64,000 nucleotides of DNA, from contig OZ219753.1 of assembly GCA_964291315.2 (NCBI GenBank), forward strand, positions 768,001 to 832,000, read 5' to 3'. The notes below the pieces were generated by a model that saw only the letters and a program-made list of their open reading frames with translations, was not told the origin of the DNA and made no database searches. The DNA is from Candidatus Poribacteria bacterium. GTDB taxonomy: Bacteria; Poribacteria; WGA-4E; WGA-3G. Positions 63,926-64,000 of the stretch are shown one piece after another. Position 1 is the stretch's first letter. Each line of letters starts with the position of its first letter. Position numbers and translations under genes: made by a program.

Positions 63926-64000
63926 AAAAAAGTCTCCTTTTGCCACAAACGCGGGGGATGGATCCGCTTTTAGTTTGTGGGTTTGCTGCTTTTTCTTAGG

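Overview
Bacterial chromosomal segment, genetic code 11, with a strongly G/T-rich + strand. The gene content points to Candidatus Poribacteria or a relative (inference, not a database result): a LamG protein ending in VEPTGKLAVTWADLK, a secreted WD40 protein, FGE-domain paralogs, and Uma2 and Rpn nucleases. From left to right: partial sbcD; an octaheme HAO-like cytochrome with a membrane partner; an orphan sigma factor with a long structured leader; two tandem FGE/CLec-domain paralogs whose C-termini look like diversity-generating-retroelement variable regions; a two-domain multicopper oxidase with an Fe3+ ABC binding protein and permease; DUF4956 plus CotH; an ECF sigma/double-ZAS anti-sigma/RseB module; a Type ISP restriction-modification gene split by one in-frame TGA, followed by a tandem methyltransferase-only deletion derivative with altered specificity segments; a ~14.6 kb uncharacterised cluster (three PQQ-like propellers, EhpF/LuxE-like ligase, LuxC-like reductase, Fe-ADH, HemN-like radical SAM, PaaK-like ligase, dipeptidase); a decayed ankyrin gene; an Rpn nuclease; an EF-Tu paralog that has lost its GTPase and tRNA-binding motifs; RfaE2, GH88, Gfo/Idh/MocA, RND, LamG, glcDE, PorX-like, DsbD and TPR genes; tRNA-Thr and tRNA-Phe; and a 14-repeat WD40 gene. 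No CRISPR array, rRNA, integrase or reverse transcriptase was seen. All family calls come from motifs read by eye, without database searches.
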